Below are positions 27,400 through 36,741 of a stretch of 64,000 bases of DNA, piece after piece. Every line of letters begins with the position of its first letter. The first letter of the stretch is position 1. The notes beneath the pieces were generated by a model. It made no database searches, had not been told where the DNA came from, and saw nothing but the letters and a program-made list of their open reading frames with translations. The DNA is from Thermoplasmata archaeon (lineage in GTDB: Archaea > Thermoplasmatota > Thermoplasmata > Lutacidiplasmatales > UBA184), in the NCBI GenBank assembly GCA_036404475.1, contig DASWZL010000107.1, forward strand, positions 77,001-141,000, in the 5' to 3' direction. Both the position numbers and the translations under genes were made by a program.

Positions 27400-28068
27400 C
27401 TACGGGGTGAGGGACCTGGGTCGCAGGGCGCTTTCCAGGAGTTTCTTCTCGATGATCGCGAGCGCCTCCGATATCCCTGACTTGCTCCGACCGAGTCGCC
27501 GCGCGAGGTCCGTCAGCGTGATCCCACGGGGGACCGCGAAGTAGCCGGCCGCCATCGCTTGGGTCAGGAGCTCTTGCTGGGCGTCCGTGAGGAACGGCAG
27601 GTGGCTTCGCAGAGGGCGGTCGCGGATGGAGACCACCTGAAAGTCCGGGTCGACCTCCCGGGCGTGCTTGAGGACCGCCTCGAACTCGGAGCGCCGTGCC
27701 ACGACCTCCCAGTTTAGGAAGCCCCCTTGGATGCGGAGGGGGAATTGCATGGGTAGCCCGAGCATCCGATAGACGTAGACGATGGGCGGGCTAGAGTACG
27801 TAATCCGGTACAGACAACCGTTGCCGACCTCGGCCAGGCTGTCGACCTTTCGCACGTCGGGGTACTCGGCGATCTCTCGGGCCCACACGCCGGGTGGGCC
27901 TCCACTGATCCAGTGATCCGAAACCGACACGTGCTCGGTCAGGTCCGAGCGGTTCAGGATCTCTATGGTAAGGCTCGGATGGGCCCGGGAGAACGGACCC
28001 GTCCAGAGCCCCTTCCTCTGAATCCGGATGCGCAGCGTTGCGAGGAGGAGGCGATCGCCGGACGGGAC
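27400..28068 (-). CDS. HTH_10 (bat-type) family transcriptional regulator; start uncertain
   Basis: C-terminal 'LTDAQQELLTQAMAAGYFAVPRGITLTDLARRLGRSKSGISEALAIIEKKLL' is the archaeal HTH_10 DNA-binding domain. The first ~95 ORF residues are low-complexity. Confidence 0.6.
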   Translation of the reverse strand, partial: VPSGDRLLLATLRIRIQRKGLWTGPFSRAHPSLTIEILNRSDLTEHVSVSDHWISGGPPGVWAREIAEYPDVRKVDSLAEVGNGCLYRITYSSPPIVYVYRMLGLPMQFPLRIQGGFLNWEVVARRSEFEAVLKHAREVDPDFQVVSIRDRPLRSHLPFLTDAQQELLTQAMAAGYFAVPRGITLTDLARRLGRSKSGISEALAIIEKKLLESALRPRSLTP

Positions 28069-28592
28069 GTTCCCCGCCCCCCGGAGGCCCCGCAGCCGGG
28101 CGGCACTGCCGTTTCGTGACTTGCCCGACGCACGGTCGCCCTGCTCGCCTTGTGGCAAACGGCTCCGTGGGACCACTTTCCTCAACCCTCGGCTCGCCCG
28201 ACCCACCGACACTTTGGTCGGTATGGAATCGGTTGGAAAGTAATAAACAGAGGGGGAGAACCCCGACGGGCACTTCCCGGCTAGGCGGCGGGGATACGAG
28301 GGCGAGGCCCCGGAACCCTCCGAAACGCACGAGAGCCCCTCCGAACCCATTCGGAAGCCCGAACTCGTTCGGGAATACGCCTTGACCTACGAGAGAGTTC
28401 GGGAGATTGAACCGGGATGGTCCGGAGCTGTAGATGGCGACCCGCGCATTGCCTTTGACCGCCCCCCCCACGAACGATCCCGCTCCAGTCGGGCCCGTTC
28501 CCGGCCGCGTGGGTGAACCCTTCTTCCCCGCCGGACTCCCCCACAAGCTCCCGCCGCGCCGGGGTCGCGCGTCGTCGGGACCCGGTCCCCAC

Positions 28593-29300
28593 ATGGGGTC
28601 GGCGGTCTTCCCGGCCCGCCTGTTCGACCGCCCGAACTCGGTCTTGGTCTACGGAGCTCGTCGGCCGCTCGTCAACCTGACCCTCTTCGCCCTCGCCACG
28701 ACCACGAACCCCGACTTTGAGTGGGTGGAGATCGGCGTGCCGAAGGAAGATCGGACCCTCTTCGAGCCGGTCCAGCTGGGTTGGATTCCCGAGGACCGCC
28801 TCTGGCGCGTGGACCAGCCCGATGCCCTCCTACCCGACGACCGGAGCGCGAACCTCTCCCTCGTCGGCACGATCCGGTCGGACGAGCCGCCAGAGATTCT
28901 CGCCCAGATGATCGAGTTCCTGCGGCTCCCCGATAGATCGCAACGGATCCTCGCCACCCGACCCCCCGAGGACAAGCCCGGGGTGGTCGCGGTCGCCAAC
29001 GCCCAGCGCGCCGAGGGAACCTTCGCGGCAAGTCGTGTTCCGTCGATCCTGGCCGTGCATCGGAACGCCGGCTTCTCGGTCTTCGTCGGGTACGCGGAGT
29101 CGCCGGGCCCGGGACGGGACCTATTCGACTTCGTCTTCCACTTGAATGGCGAGAACGAGAACGTCGCGGATTGGAGGAAGAGTCAACTGGTCTGCGAGCG
29201 GGGGATCACGTCCGGACCGCTCCGGGATTCTCGGCCGTTCCCTATCGAGGAAATCCCGATCTTGGCGGATGTCCTATCGAGGGCAGCGCGTTCGGCGTAG
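28593..29300 (+). CDS. Hypothetical protein
   Basis: Balanced composition from 'MGSAVFPARLF' onward. No domain recognised. Confidence 0.35.
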   Translation: MGSAVFPARLFDRPNSVLVYGARRPLVNLTLFALATTTNPDFEWVEIGVPKEDRTLFEPVQLGWIPEDRLWRVDQPDALLPDDRSANLSLVGTIRSDEPPEILAQMIEFLRLPDRSQRILATRPPEDKPGVVAVANAQRAEGTFAASRVPSILAVHRNAGFSVFVGYAESPGPGRDLFDFVFHLNGENENVADWRKSQLVCERGITSGPLRDSRPFPIEEIPILADVLSRAARSA

Positions 29301-29320
29301 CCCGCGACGCGCCGGTCAGG

Positions 29321-29860
29321 TCAGCGTCGGAGGCGGGAGCGGTGCGGCGTCTTCGCCATAGTCCGGCCGACGAGACCCATCCGACGTGCTAGCCGCTGGT
29401 GCTCGTTCCGGCTGATCCACTCAACCTTGAGGTAGTCGATCAGCTGGCGATTGGTCATGCCGATACGGCGACCCTCCTTCACCGTGAACGCGTACGCCTC
29501 GATCTCGGACGGCGCGTCCACGTAGCTCAGCTTCGGATAGAAGAGCGGCCTCCCCTTCCGAAACTGGTTCACATGACAGAGTTCGTGGACCACGTCGAGA
29601 TACACGGTTCGGAAGTCCGAGTCGCTGAGGTGGTGAGTGCTGACCAAAAGGTGACCGTCAACGTCGCTCGTTCCCATGTAGCCGAATCGGGCCGAGAAGA
29701 ACTCGACCTTCAGACTCTTGAGAACTCGCGCCGTGTCCTTGCCGAAGAGATCGCGCACGGCGGGAACGTCACCGAAACCTCGGAAGAACCGCTCGAACGG
29801 GAGCAGACGGGTGGGCGCCTGTCTCTCAATCCGGACCCCAAGTTTCGACTCTACGGCCAC
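29321..29860 (-). CDS. Hypothetical protein with an HExxH motif (possible zinc metallohydrolase)
   Basis: 'VVHELCHVNQF'. Confidence 0.4.
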   Translation of the reverse strand: MAVESKLGVRIERQAPTRLLPFERFFRGFGDVPAVRDLFGKDTARVLKSLKVEFFSARFGYMGTSDVDGHLLVSTHHLSDSDFRTVYLDVVHELCHVNQFRKGRPLFYPKLSYVDAPSEIEAYAFTVKEGRRIGMTNRQLIDYLKVEWISRNEHQRLARRMGLVGRTMAKTPHRSRLRR

Positions 29861-29981
29861 CGCGGTCCTCTCCGTCGGCGGCCCCCAGTTCGGACGAGGC
29901 TATTAGCCCGGAGGGAAGGAAAGGTTCGTCCGGTCCTGCGGTCACCGGTCCCGTGGACCCCCATGGCACCGACGCTTCGTC

Positions 29982-30392
29982 CTATCGCGCTCGCATCCGG
30001 TTGTTCTTCGGGTTGTGCTCTACCTCCGCCAACCCGAGCTTCTCCAGGACGGGCGGTAGGTACATCCCGAAGCGTCCACGGAACCCCTTGCGGAGGCCGT
30101 ACCAACCCCCCACGGGGTTCCTGGGCGAGCGACCCCACTCCTCGACGGTTCCGGGGGGGGCCGGCTTCTGCTCGTCGGCGCTGCCGAGAGAGACCCAATC
30201 TCCGCGCGTCTTCAGCATTGCGTACAAATCCTCGATCGAGCCGAGATGGTACCGGAGCTCGGTCGTCCCGGCTTGGATCACGAGCGCCGGCGGGTTGAGG
30301 GCGGCGTCGCGGAACGCTTGGAACTCCGATTGTCCGCTCGGCGTCTTCAGGATCCAGGGCCGTCCCCGCGTTCCGTCCTGCGTACTCGGCAT
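29982..30392 (-). CDS. Hypothetical protein (136 aa)
   Basis: The C-terminal 136 aa of ORF 29982-30611 have balanced composition, with the block 'GGWYGLRKGFRGRFGMYLPPVLEKLGLAEVEH'. The upstream part of the ORF is Arg/Gly junk. Confidence 0.4.
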   Translation of the reverse strand: MPSTQDGTRGRPWILKTPSGQSEFQAFRDAALNPPALVIQAGTTELRYHLGSIEDLYAMLKTRGDWVSLGSADEQKPAPPGTVEEWGRSPRNPVGGWYGLRKGFRGRFGMYLPPVLEKLGLAEVEHNPKNNRMRAR

Positions 30393-30582
30393 CTCGGCTC
30401 CCCACTCTCGACCCCGACCGGGGCGGCCCCCATTAAGGCCCGCGGTAACTCCTAGACGACTTCGAAGGCGACATTCGCCATCAATCGGTATTATGGCCCG
30501 GGACGGACTGCCCGCGGCTGATGTCCGACCTCGTCCGCCTCGTGGCGCGTCACCGTGTCGTGGAAGACCCCTCCGGTGGCCA

Positions 30583-31173
30583 ATGACCGAGCGCGCCACG
30601 TACATCGTCATCGAGGGGATCGATGGGACCGGAAAGACGGAGCTGGCCGCGCGACTGGTCCCTCCGCTGCTCGGGCGGGGTCATTCGATCTCGAGCTTCC
30701 GAGAGCCGACCGACAAGTTCCTCCGGTCCGAGTTCGCACGGCTCAACAAAGTGGACTCGTTCGCGGCCGCGCTGTGCCTCACGGTCGACCGAGCTCTGCT
30801 CCGTCCCCTGATCGACCGCGCGCTCGAGATGGGGGACATTGTCATCCAGGACCGGTCGTTCTACTCGTCGCTGGCGTACCAGTACCCCGGATTGAGCCCT
30901 GAGACGTGGCGCGAGGTGGACCGCATCGAGCGTGAGGTCGCTCTCGAGCCAGACCTGGTCCTGTATCTGGACGCGCCCGTGGAGGTCGCCATGAAACGGA
31001 TCGAGGCTCGGGGTCAGCGGAACGCCTTCGAGGACGAACCGTACCTCGTGAAGGTGAAACGGAAGTTCGAGCAGCTGTTCCAACCCCCGCGCTGGGTGCG
31101 GATCAACGCGGGCGGCACGCCCGAACAGACGCTGGAGCAGGCAATGAACGCGCTCCTGGCGCTCGGCCTGTGA
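30583..31173 (+). CDS. tmk: Thymidylate kinase
   Basis: 'YIVIEGIDGTGKTE' (P-loop), 'DRSFYSSLAYQ' (DRx motif) and a lid region. 196 aa. Confidence 0.85.
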   Translation: MTERATYIVIEGIDGTGKTELAARLVPPLLGRGHSISSFREPTDKFLRSEFARLNKVDSFAAALCLTVDRALLRPLIDRALEMGDIVIQDRSFYSSLAYQYPGLSPETWREVDRIEREVALEPDLVLYLDAPVEVAMKRIEARGQRNAFEDEPYLVKVKRKFEQLFQPPRWVRINAGGTPEQTLEQAMNALLALGL

Positions 31174-31731
31174 ACGGAATCGGCCGACGAAGAATCCGAG
31201 CGCTGGACCGGTGTTGAAATAGACGGAGCGCCCTAGATGCGATCACACTCGGTCGCCGGCCGGGTAGACCCATAAAGATGCCAAAGAAGGGCCAGAAGAA
31301 GAAGAGGTAACGACCCGCTCCGGGCGTTTCCTCGGTGAGCGACACCGGGGGAGTTGCTTGCGTGAACCAACCTCCCCGCTCCGGCGAGCGGGGGATGTTC
31401 GCGGACTCCCCTACCCTGTGCGATTCCTGGTTCGAGGAGCTGTTTACGTGACCCGACGGCTCGAGGTCGACCTCGTCACGGTGGGCGATCCGAGGATAGC
31501 TGTTCTTCTTCACGGGACTCACAACCTTCTGGCTCGCGACTCGCGGAGACTTCCGCTCCGATGGGACTCGAAGCCCTCCGACCCATCGCTTCGTCAGTGA
31601 CCGACCCGTCCTAGGGGTCGTCCGACGGACGCGCGCACGAGCTACCGGTCCGCGCGAGGCCCCCGGGAGGGCGTTCCAGTGGTTCGATAGGTTCATGGCC
31701 CTCCTTCCCGGCACTTCCAACCGGTTCTGGC

Positions 31732-33042
31732 ATGAGCAGGGTCGTCCACAACGCACGGGCCTTCCCGAACCCTGCCGGCTGGGAGCGGTTCACCCGTCTT
31801 TCTCACCAGCTCCTCCTGCCGGCGGCAGCGCTCACCTCCCTCTTTCTCGGCCTGGCCCTGCTTCTCGACCCCTTGGCACGTGTCGGCGTCTACACCCCCT
31901 TCGCCCTATTGGCGGTCGGGCTGGGAGCGTTGGCCAGTTCCACGTCCTTGTACCGGTGGTGGAACCCCCTTCCTTTGCCGGGGGAATCCGTACCCGCGGT
32001 CGGTGTCGCGACCGCTTCGCGTCCGACGGGCCCACCGACCGAGGCCGCTACCGGACCGGCGGACCGGCCACGCTCTCCCATCACGGGCCGAGGGTCCGAA
32101 TGGCGGGTGCTGTCCAGCCCCTCCGACCCCGGAGACGAGACCTGGCTCTCCTGGCTTCCCCGGGAGCGTCGGCGACTAGGGCCAAAGGCGATCGGGTCCG
32201 TTCCCGGCGTGGTCCACTCGCCCGGCAAGGCCGGGAATCTCGTGGCCTTTCCCGTCCGGAACTACTACCACGGCGTCCGGTCCGCTATGGGATCCGGGGA
32301 GATCGCCGGTTCTGCCTCCTTGGCCAAACCTCCCCGGAGCATCGCCGAGGTGGATAGCGCACCTGTCTCCCCCCCGACTCCCGACGATCGGAGCCGCGGC
32401 CTGCCCCCGCCGTCGCCGAGGGCGGAGCCGCTCTCCGAGGAGGAACTCGATCGCCTGTTTCCCCCGGTCTCGGGCCGACGGTCCGTTTTTCTCTCGGAAG
32501 CTCCGGAAAGGGTCGGTGGCCCGTCGTCCTGGGCGATGGAACCGGGCCTACCCGCCGACCCCCCGGCCCGCTCGGACGAATCCGCACGGTCGACGGAACG
32601 CGATTGGTCCACTCCCGAGGGGGACGGGGACTCGCCTTCCCGAGGCGTACCTTTCGAGGACCAGCGTGCGGACCGTCCCACGATCCCCGGATCGACGGCC
32701 TTCTCCCGTTCCGGTCCGCTCGGCGTCTTCCCTCGACCGGACGCCCGGTCGGCCGACCTCTTCCTCGAGGCCGCCAACCCGGTGCCACCCCACTTGAGAG
32801 GCACTGGCCTTCCCGTGCGCATGGAACCTCACCGGCCCGCCCGCCGTTCCCTGAACTCGGCGAGCCAACGGTCGGTGTGCGCCTCTTGCTCCAAAGTGGT
32901 CGTGAACCTTCGCATGAGCGGACCCTGCCCAAAGTGCCTACGACCGATCTGCAACGATTGTCTTCGCCAGGCGTTCGTCGCCCAAGGCCACGGATGGTGC
33001 CTCGACTGCTCCTCCGTCCCCGCCCCCGTGCCCGCCGGCTGA
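31732..33042 (+). CDS. Hypothetical membrane protein: two N-terminal TM helices, a long Pro/Ser/Arg-rich disordered region, and a C-terminal Cys-rich zinc-ribbon-like domain
   Basis: TM helices 'LLLPAAALTSLFLGLALLL' and 'VYTPFALLAVGLGALAS'. C-terminus 'CASCSKVVVNLRMSGPCPKCLRPICNDCLRQAFVAQGHGWCLDCS' has 8 Cys. The middle region is plausibly disordered but could partly be noise. Confidence 0.4.
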   Translation: MSRVVHNARAFPNPAGWERFTRLSHQLLLPAAALTSLFLGLALLLDPLARVGVYTPFALLAVGLGALASSTSLYRWWNPLPLPGESVPAVGVATASRPTGPPTEAATGPADRPRSPITGRGSEWRVLSSPSDPGDETWLSWLPRERRRLGPKAIGSVPGVVHSPGKAGNLVAFPVRNYYHGVRSAMGSGEIAGSASLAKPPRSIAEVDSAPVSPPTPDDRSRGLPPPSPRAEPLSEEELDRLFPPVSGRRSVFLSEAPERVGGPSSWAMEPGLPADPPARSDESARSTERDWSTPEGDGDSPSRGVPFEDQRADRPTIPGSTAFSRSGPLGVFPRPDARSADLFLEAANPVPPHLRGTGLPVRMEPHRPARRSLNSASQRSVCASCSKVVVNLRMSGPCPKCLRPICNDCLRQAFVAQGHGWCLDCSSVPAPVPAG

Positions 33043-33124
33043 ACCGGGGGACGGCGGGTCGGGGAACGGCGCCGTCGTGCGAGGGCGAACGCTGGCCGAC
33101 CGGGAGAGGAACTCGCGAGCGGCG

Positions 33125-33586
33125 CTATCGGCGACGAGCTCTCCGGTAGTCGGTTTCCAACGCCTTCGCGAACTGTCGCCACGCGCCGAGGGTGCTCTTT
33201 TCGATGGACTTCCGGGACGGGGGTCGTCCTCCGAGAGCGGACACGCGACGCTTCCAGGTGAGCTCGAACCGGGTCCGTTCGGGGCCGAGCGCGGTCAGCG
33301 CGTAGTCGAGGGTAGCGTCTCGGTAGTTCCCGACGGAATCCGAGTGCCAACGGTTCGGCGGATTCAGGGTGACCACATGTCGGGCCCACCGCCATCCGGT
33401 GGGGGTCAATTCCAGGTCTTCGTAGACCACTCGACGAGCCGTTCGTTCGAGGACCTTCCGTTCGTACGACTCGCCTTCCCGCCGGGCGTCATCCGGACGG
33501 AAGTCGGTGCACCAACGGAACACGAACGCGAGAGGCACGCGTAGTACGGTCTCGATGTGATACTCCGTTCGAGGCCAGCTCGTCAT
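33125..33586 (-). CDS. SRPBCC superfamily protein (polyketide cyclase/START-like)
   Basis: 153 aa. 'IETVLRVPLAFVFRWCTDF' and 'WRWARHVVTLNPPNRWHSD' fit the helix-grip pattern. Confidence 0.55.
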   Translation of the reverse strand: MTSWPRTEYHIETVLRVPLAFVFRWCTDFRPDDARREGESYERKVLERTARRVVYEDLELTPTGWRWARHVVTLNPPNRWHSDSVGNYRDATLDYALTALGPERTRFELTWKRRVSALGGRPPSRKSIEKSTLGAWRQFAKALETDYRRARRR

Positions 33587-33622
33587 GGATCCTCCGGGCC
33601 ATCGATCGGCGAAGGTCCGAGG

Positions 33623-34069
33623 CTATGCATCCCCGACCTCCCGAAGGTCCGTCCCGTTGCGGAGGACCGACTTCAGGTTCGTGAGGAAGTACGCCCATCC
33701 CCGGCACGTCCCGCCGTAGTTCTCGACCCAGGCGGGGGTCCTTCCATAGCCGGTGTGTCGGAGGGTGAGAAGGGTTCCGCCCCTCCGGGCGGCCAGGGTG
33801 AAGCTCACCTGGGTCATCCCAAGCCCCTTCGCGGGCCACTCGAGGGAGAGCTTCCGATTCGGAACGAAGGCGATCACCTTGGCTCGGTGGCGATAGCCGA
33901 ACGGCCACACGAACTCGTAGGTCGCCCCGGCCGTAGGCGGCAGGCGGGCCTCCTTCAGGAACCAACGAACGAGCTCCGAAGGTTCGGTGAGCGATCCGAA
34001 AACCTTCGCCACGGGTGCCCGGAAGAAGTAGGTCTGCTGGATTTTCGGTCCCTTACGAATCGGCGTCAT
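33623..34069 (-). CDS. SRPBCC superfamily protein (AHSA1/Aha1-like)
   Basis: 'QTYFFRAPVAKVFGSLTEPSELVRWF' and 'LEWPAKGLGMTQVSFTLAARRGGTLLTLRHTGY'. Lies in tandem with the previous SRPBCC gene. Confidence 0.6.
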   Translation of the reverse strand: MTPIRKGPKIQQTYFFRAPVAKVFGSLTEPSELVRWFLKEARLPPTAGATYEFVWPFGYRHRAKVIAFVPNRKLSLEWPAKGLGMTQVSFTLAARRGGTLLTLRHTGYGRTPAWVENYGGTCRGWAYFLTNLKSVLRNGTDLREVGDA

Positions 34070-34174
34070 AGAGTTCGTTCTCCCGGACGCCCCTTCGCCT
34101 ATTTCCTCCCTTGGGAGGGGGCCGGTGGCGGCGTCAGGCCGAAGGGCCGGAACCGAGGACACGGGACGGCGGAT

Positions 34175-34867
34175 CTAGGCAGCGCGTTCGGTAGGCGCTG
34201 TCGTGGCGACGGGGGTCGGGGTGAGCCATCGGGAAAAGTCGGTGAGCCCGATGAACAAGAGAACGATCCCGACGAACTCGGCATAGTAGAGGGCCACGGG
34301 GAACGACGCGATGTAGAACGCCCCACCCGCGGCGAGGACGCTCGCACCGGCGATCATCAGGAAGCCTTTCCAGTGGAACGCGCGGCGAAGAGAGATGATC
34401 CCGAAGCCGAGGAGGACCACGGTCGCGGGGACGGTGATCAGCGACGAGAGGACCAGGAGGAGCACTGGAGGATTGCCCGAGATGACGCCGCCCTGCACCA
34501 TCGATTCCGACACCGGTGTCGTGAAGCAGAAGAGGCCGACGACCGCCGAGACCCCAATGATGTAGCTGGCGTAGACGTTCCGGTAGACCGAACGCCGGAA
34601 CGCGCGCACGGACCCGAGGGACAGCGTGCCCACGATAGCGGCCGAGAAGAACACGTACGCCTGCAGCATCACCGTGGAGACCACGCCGACGTACGCTGTC
34701 AGCTCGATCGCGGTGGCGGCAGCGCCGAATCCCAGTCCGACCCCCCACCCCAGCTGGGAGTGCCGGCGGGTGCGGTAGAACCGGACGAACCCCCGCGCGG
34801 CCAGCGCCGTCAGGACTCCCGTGAGGACTCCGAGAGAGACGGCGATTCCCCAATCTTCGGCGTTCAA
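34175..34867 (-). CDS. Polytopic (~7 TM) membrane protein of unknown function, paralogue B
   Basis: About 55% identical to the product of 3400-4089 over ~200 aa (shared 'ISGNPP', 'SSL(I/V)TVPAT(V/F)VLLG', 'YIASFPVALYY'). Confidence 0.6.
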   Translation of the reverse strand: MNAEDWGIAVSLGVLTGVLTALAARGFVRFYRTRRHSQLGWGVGLGFGAAATAIELTAYVGVVSTVMLQAYVFFSAAIVGTLSLGSVRAFRRSVYRNVYASYIIGVSAVVGLFCFTTPVSESMVQGGVISGNPPVLLLVLSSLITVPATVVLLGFGIISLRRAFHWKGFLMIAGASVLAAGGAFYIASFPVALYYAEFVGIVLLFIGLTDFSRWLTPTPVATTAPTERAA

Positions 34868-34986
34868 TGTCCCGTGCGGACCGGTTCGGAGACGGTCCGC
34901 CCTGTAATGTCCCCAATGGTACGAACTATTGATACCCTTCCAACGGCGAGCTCATCGGGAACGCCAGAGAAACCGCGGAGGGAAAC

Positions 34987-35910
34987 CTAGGAGCCTCCGT
35001 GGGAAGGGGGTTCCGCCTCTCCCGGGCTTCGAGCGACGGGGGGGCGGGTACGGTTCCCCGTGGCGAAGACCAGCGAGAGGCCGGCCACCACTAGGAGGAA
35101 ACCGCCCACCTCCCAAACGGTGATCGGCTCTCCGTAAAGACCCGACCCGAGACCCACGCCCACGAGCGGCAGCAGGTAGGTGACGAGGTTGGCCCGACCC
35201 GGTCCGATTTGGTGGTGCAACCGGAAGTAGACTACGTATCCGAGCAGGGAGGAGAACACCACCAGGACCAGCAGCGGGCCCCACACGGCGAACGTGAGCG
35301 GCAGTCGTTCGGGTCCCCGGAGCACGAGCATCGCGAGGCCCAGGATCCCCGCGCCGACACCGAACTGGAACGAGAGCTGCCACGTGCCTTCCCGCTCTCG
35401 CCCCCAACGGCGGAGGAGGACCGTTCCTAGCGGGAACACGACGAATGCCCCCATCACCGCGACCGGTCCCATCCAACCACCGCCGACACCTCCGAGGAGG
35501 CTCGGAAGAACGAGGACGAGGATACCGACGAACCCCAGGGCGATCCCCGCGACGGCGACCCGAGAGAGACGCTCCGACGGAAGGAGGGAGTAGGCGAAGA
35601 CGACCGTCAGAATCGGTCCCATCCCGGAGAGGACGGAGGCGTACCCTCCCGTGGTGAACTGTTCCCCCCAGTAGAGCAGCATCCCGTAGAAGCCGATGAT
35701 GAGCGTTCCTCCGACGAGCGCGGAGAGGAGGACGGAGCGTTGGCTCGGCCACGCTTCCCTTCGCACCGTGGCCACCAGAGCGAGAAGGCCGGCGACGATC
35801 GCATAGCGTGCGCCGGCGAAGAGAAAGGGCGAGGCGCCCGCCACAATGCCTTCCCGGATCGCCACGTAGGCCGAGCCCCAGAGGACGGCGAGGGCCACCA
35901 GCAACAGCAC
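34987..35910 (-). CDS. DMT superfamily (EamA-like) transporter
   Basis: Ten TM helices in two repeated halves ('LLLVALAVLWGSAYVAI', 'VVFSSLLGYVVYF'). GTG start at 35910 chosen so that the protein begins at TM1 and does not overlap the divergent GNAT gene. Confidence 0.7.
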   Translation of the reverse strand: MLLLVALAVLWGSAYVAIREGIVAGASPFLFAGARYAIVAGLLALVATVRREAWPSQRSVLLSALVGGTLIIGFYGMLLYWGEQFTTGGYASVLSGMGPILTVVFAYSLLPSERLSRVAVAGIALGFVGILVLVLPSLLGGVGGGWMGPVAVMGAFVVFPLGTVLLRRWGREREGTWQLSFQFGVGAGILGLAMLVLRGPERLPLTFAVWGPLLVLVVFSSLLGYVVYFRLHHQIGPGRANLVTYLLPLVGVGLGSGLYGEPITVWEVGGFLLVVAGLSLVFATGNRTRPPVARSPGEAEPPSHGGS

Positions 35911-36106
35911 GTCGTTTCGAGTGACACGGACCGTTGCCTCCGTGCGAGCTCCCGCTCCTCCTGTCGCGGAACCCACCAACCCGGCGCCTCTCGCAGGGGT
36001 CAACCGACGGAGTCTTATCTGGGAGCGGGGAGGGACCGCTGACGGGGAAGACGGTCTCCGGCCCAGCCTCGGCTCTGAGTCCACCGGGTCCCCGCAAGGA
36101 AGGTGC

Positions 36107-36670
36107 ATGGCGGAGGAGAGGGGAGGGGCCCCCGCCCTCGGCGCCCGTGTTCCGCCTCGGCCGCCCCAGGTAGAGCTGATCGACCTCGTGGGAGAGGACC
36201 GCGAGCGTGCCATCCCGGCCCTGAAGGATGGGTTCGAAGGGATCTACCGGTGGCACGCCAAGCGAACCCTTCGAAGCGCCACCTGGGTACGCGCCGCGGT
36301 CCTCCGAGGCGAGATCGTCGCGGTGTCGGTCCTGGATCGGCTCGACCCCACCGTGGGGTACGTCTACTATCTCTCGACCGCGCGGTCCCATCGGCGGGAA
36401 GGACTCGGAGGACTGCTCCTCGACGATGCGCTCGCGCTCTTCCGTCGGGAACAGACCACCGTCGCCTACGGGGCTGCCGAGGAGGAGAACGACGCCTCGA
36501 TCGAACTCTTCCGCTCCCGGGGATTCCGACGCGTGGAGCGGAAGGAGCTCGGCTTCCGGGAGGGGGGCCTCGGGGCCTGGGGGCTCCGGAGCCGTATGAC
36601 CCTCGTGGGCGGAGAGGTCCTCATGGGGCTCCGTCTCTCCTTGACGGGGCCGTCGCCGGCACCGGAGTGA
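36107..36670 (+). CDS. GNAT family N-acetyltransferase
   Basis: 'VYYLSTARSHRREGLGGLLLDDAL' is the acetyl-CoA-binding motif A, with Q/RxxGxG/A. Confidence 0.7.
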   Translation: MAEERGGAPALGARVPPRPPQVELIDLVGEDRERAIPALKDGFEGIYRWHAKRTLRSATWVRAAVLRGEIVAVSVLDRLDPTVGYVYYLSTARSHRREGLGGLLLDDALALFRREQTTVAYGAAEEENDASIELFRSRGFRRVERKELGFREGGLGAWGLRSRMTLVGGEVLMGLRLSLTGPSPAPE

Positions 36671-36741
36671 CCCACGCTCCGGGGGCCGCGAGAAGGAACG
36701 TCTCCGCGATGCTCCGTGGGGATAGCGGACGGTCCGGGGGG

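Noticed and set aside
27400-28350. Full 316-aa extent of the HTH_10 regulator ORF
   Set aside because: The first ~95 residues are Ser/Gly/Arg low-complexity and unlikely to be translated. I kept only the ~220-aa C-terminal portion, and no canonical start codon was found at the preferred position, so the start is uncertain.
31277-31309. 10-codon Lys-rich micro-ORF (MPKKGQKKKR*)
   Set aside because: Too short to support. It has no obvious RBS context that I can evaluate. It is mentioned only as part of the non-coding-gap finding.
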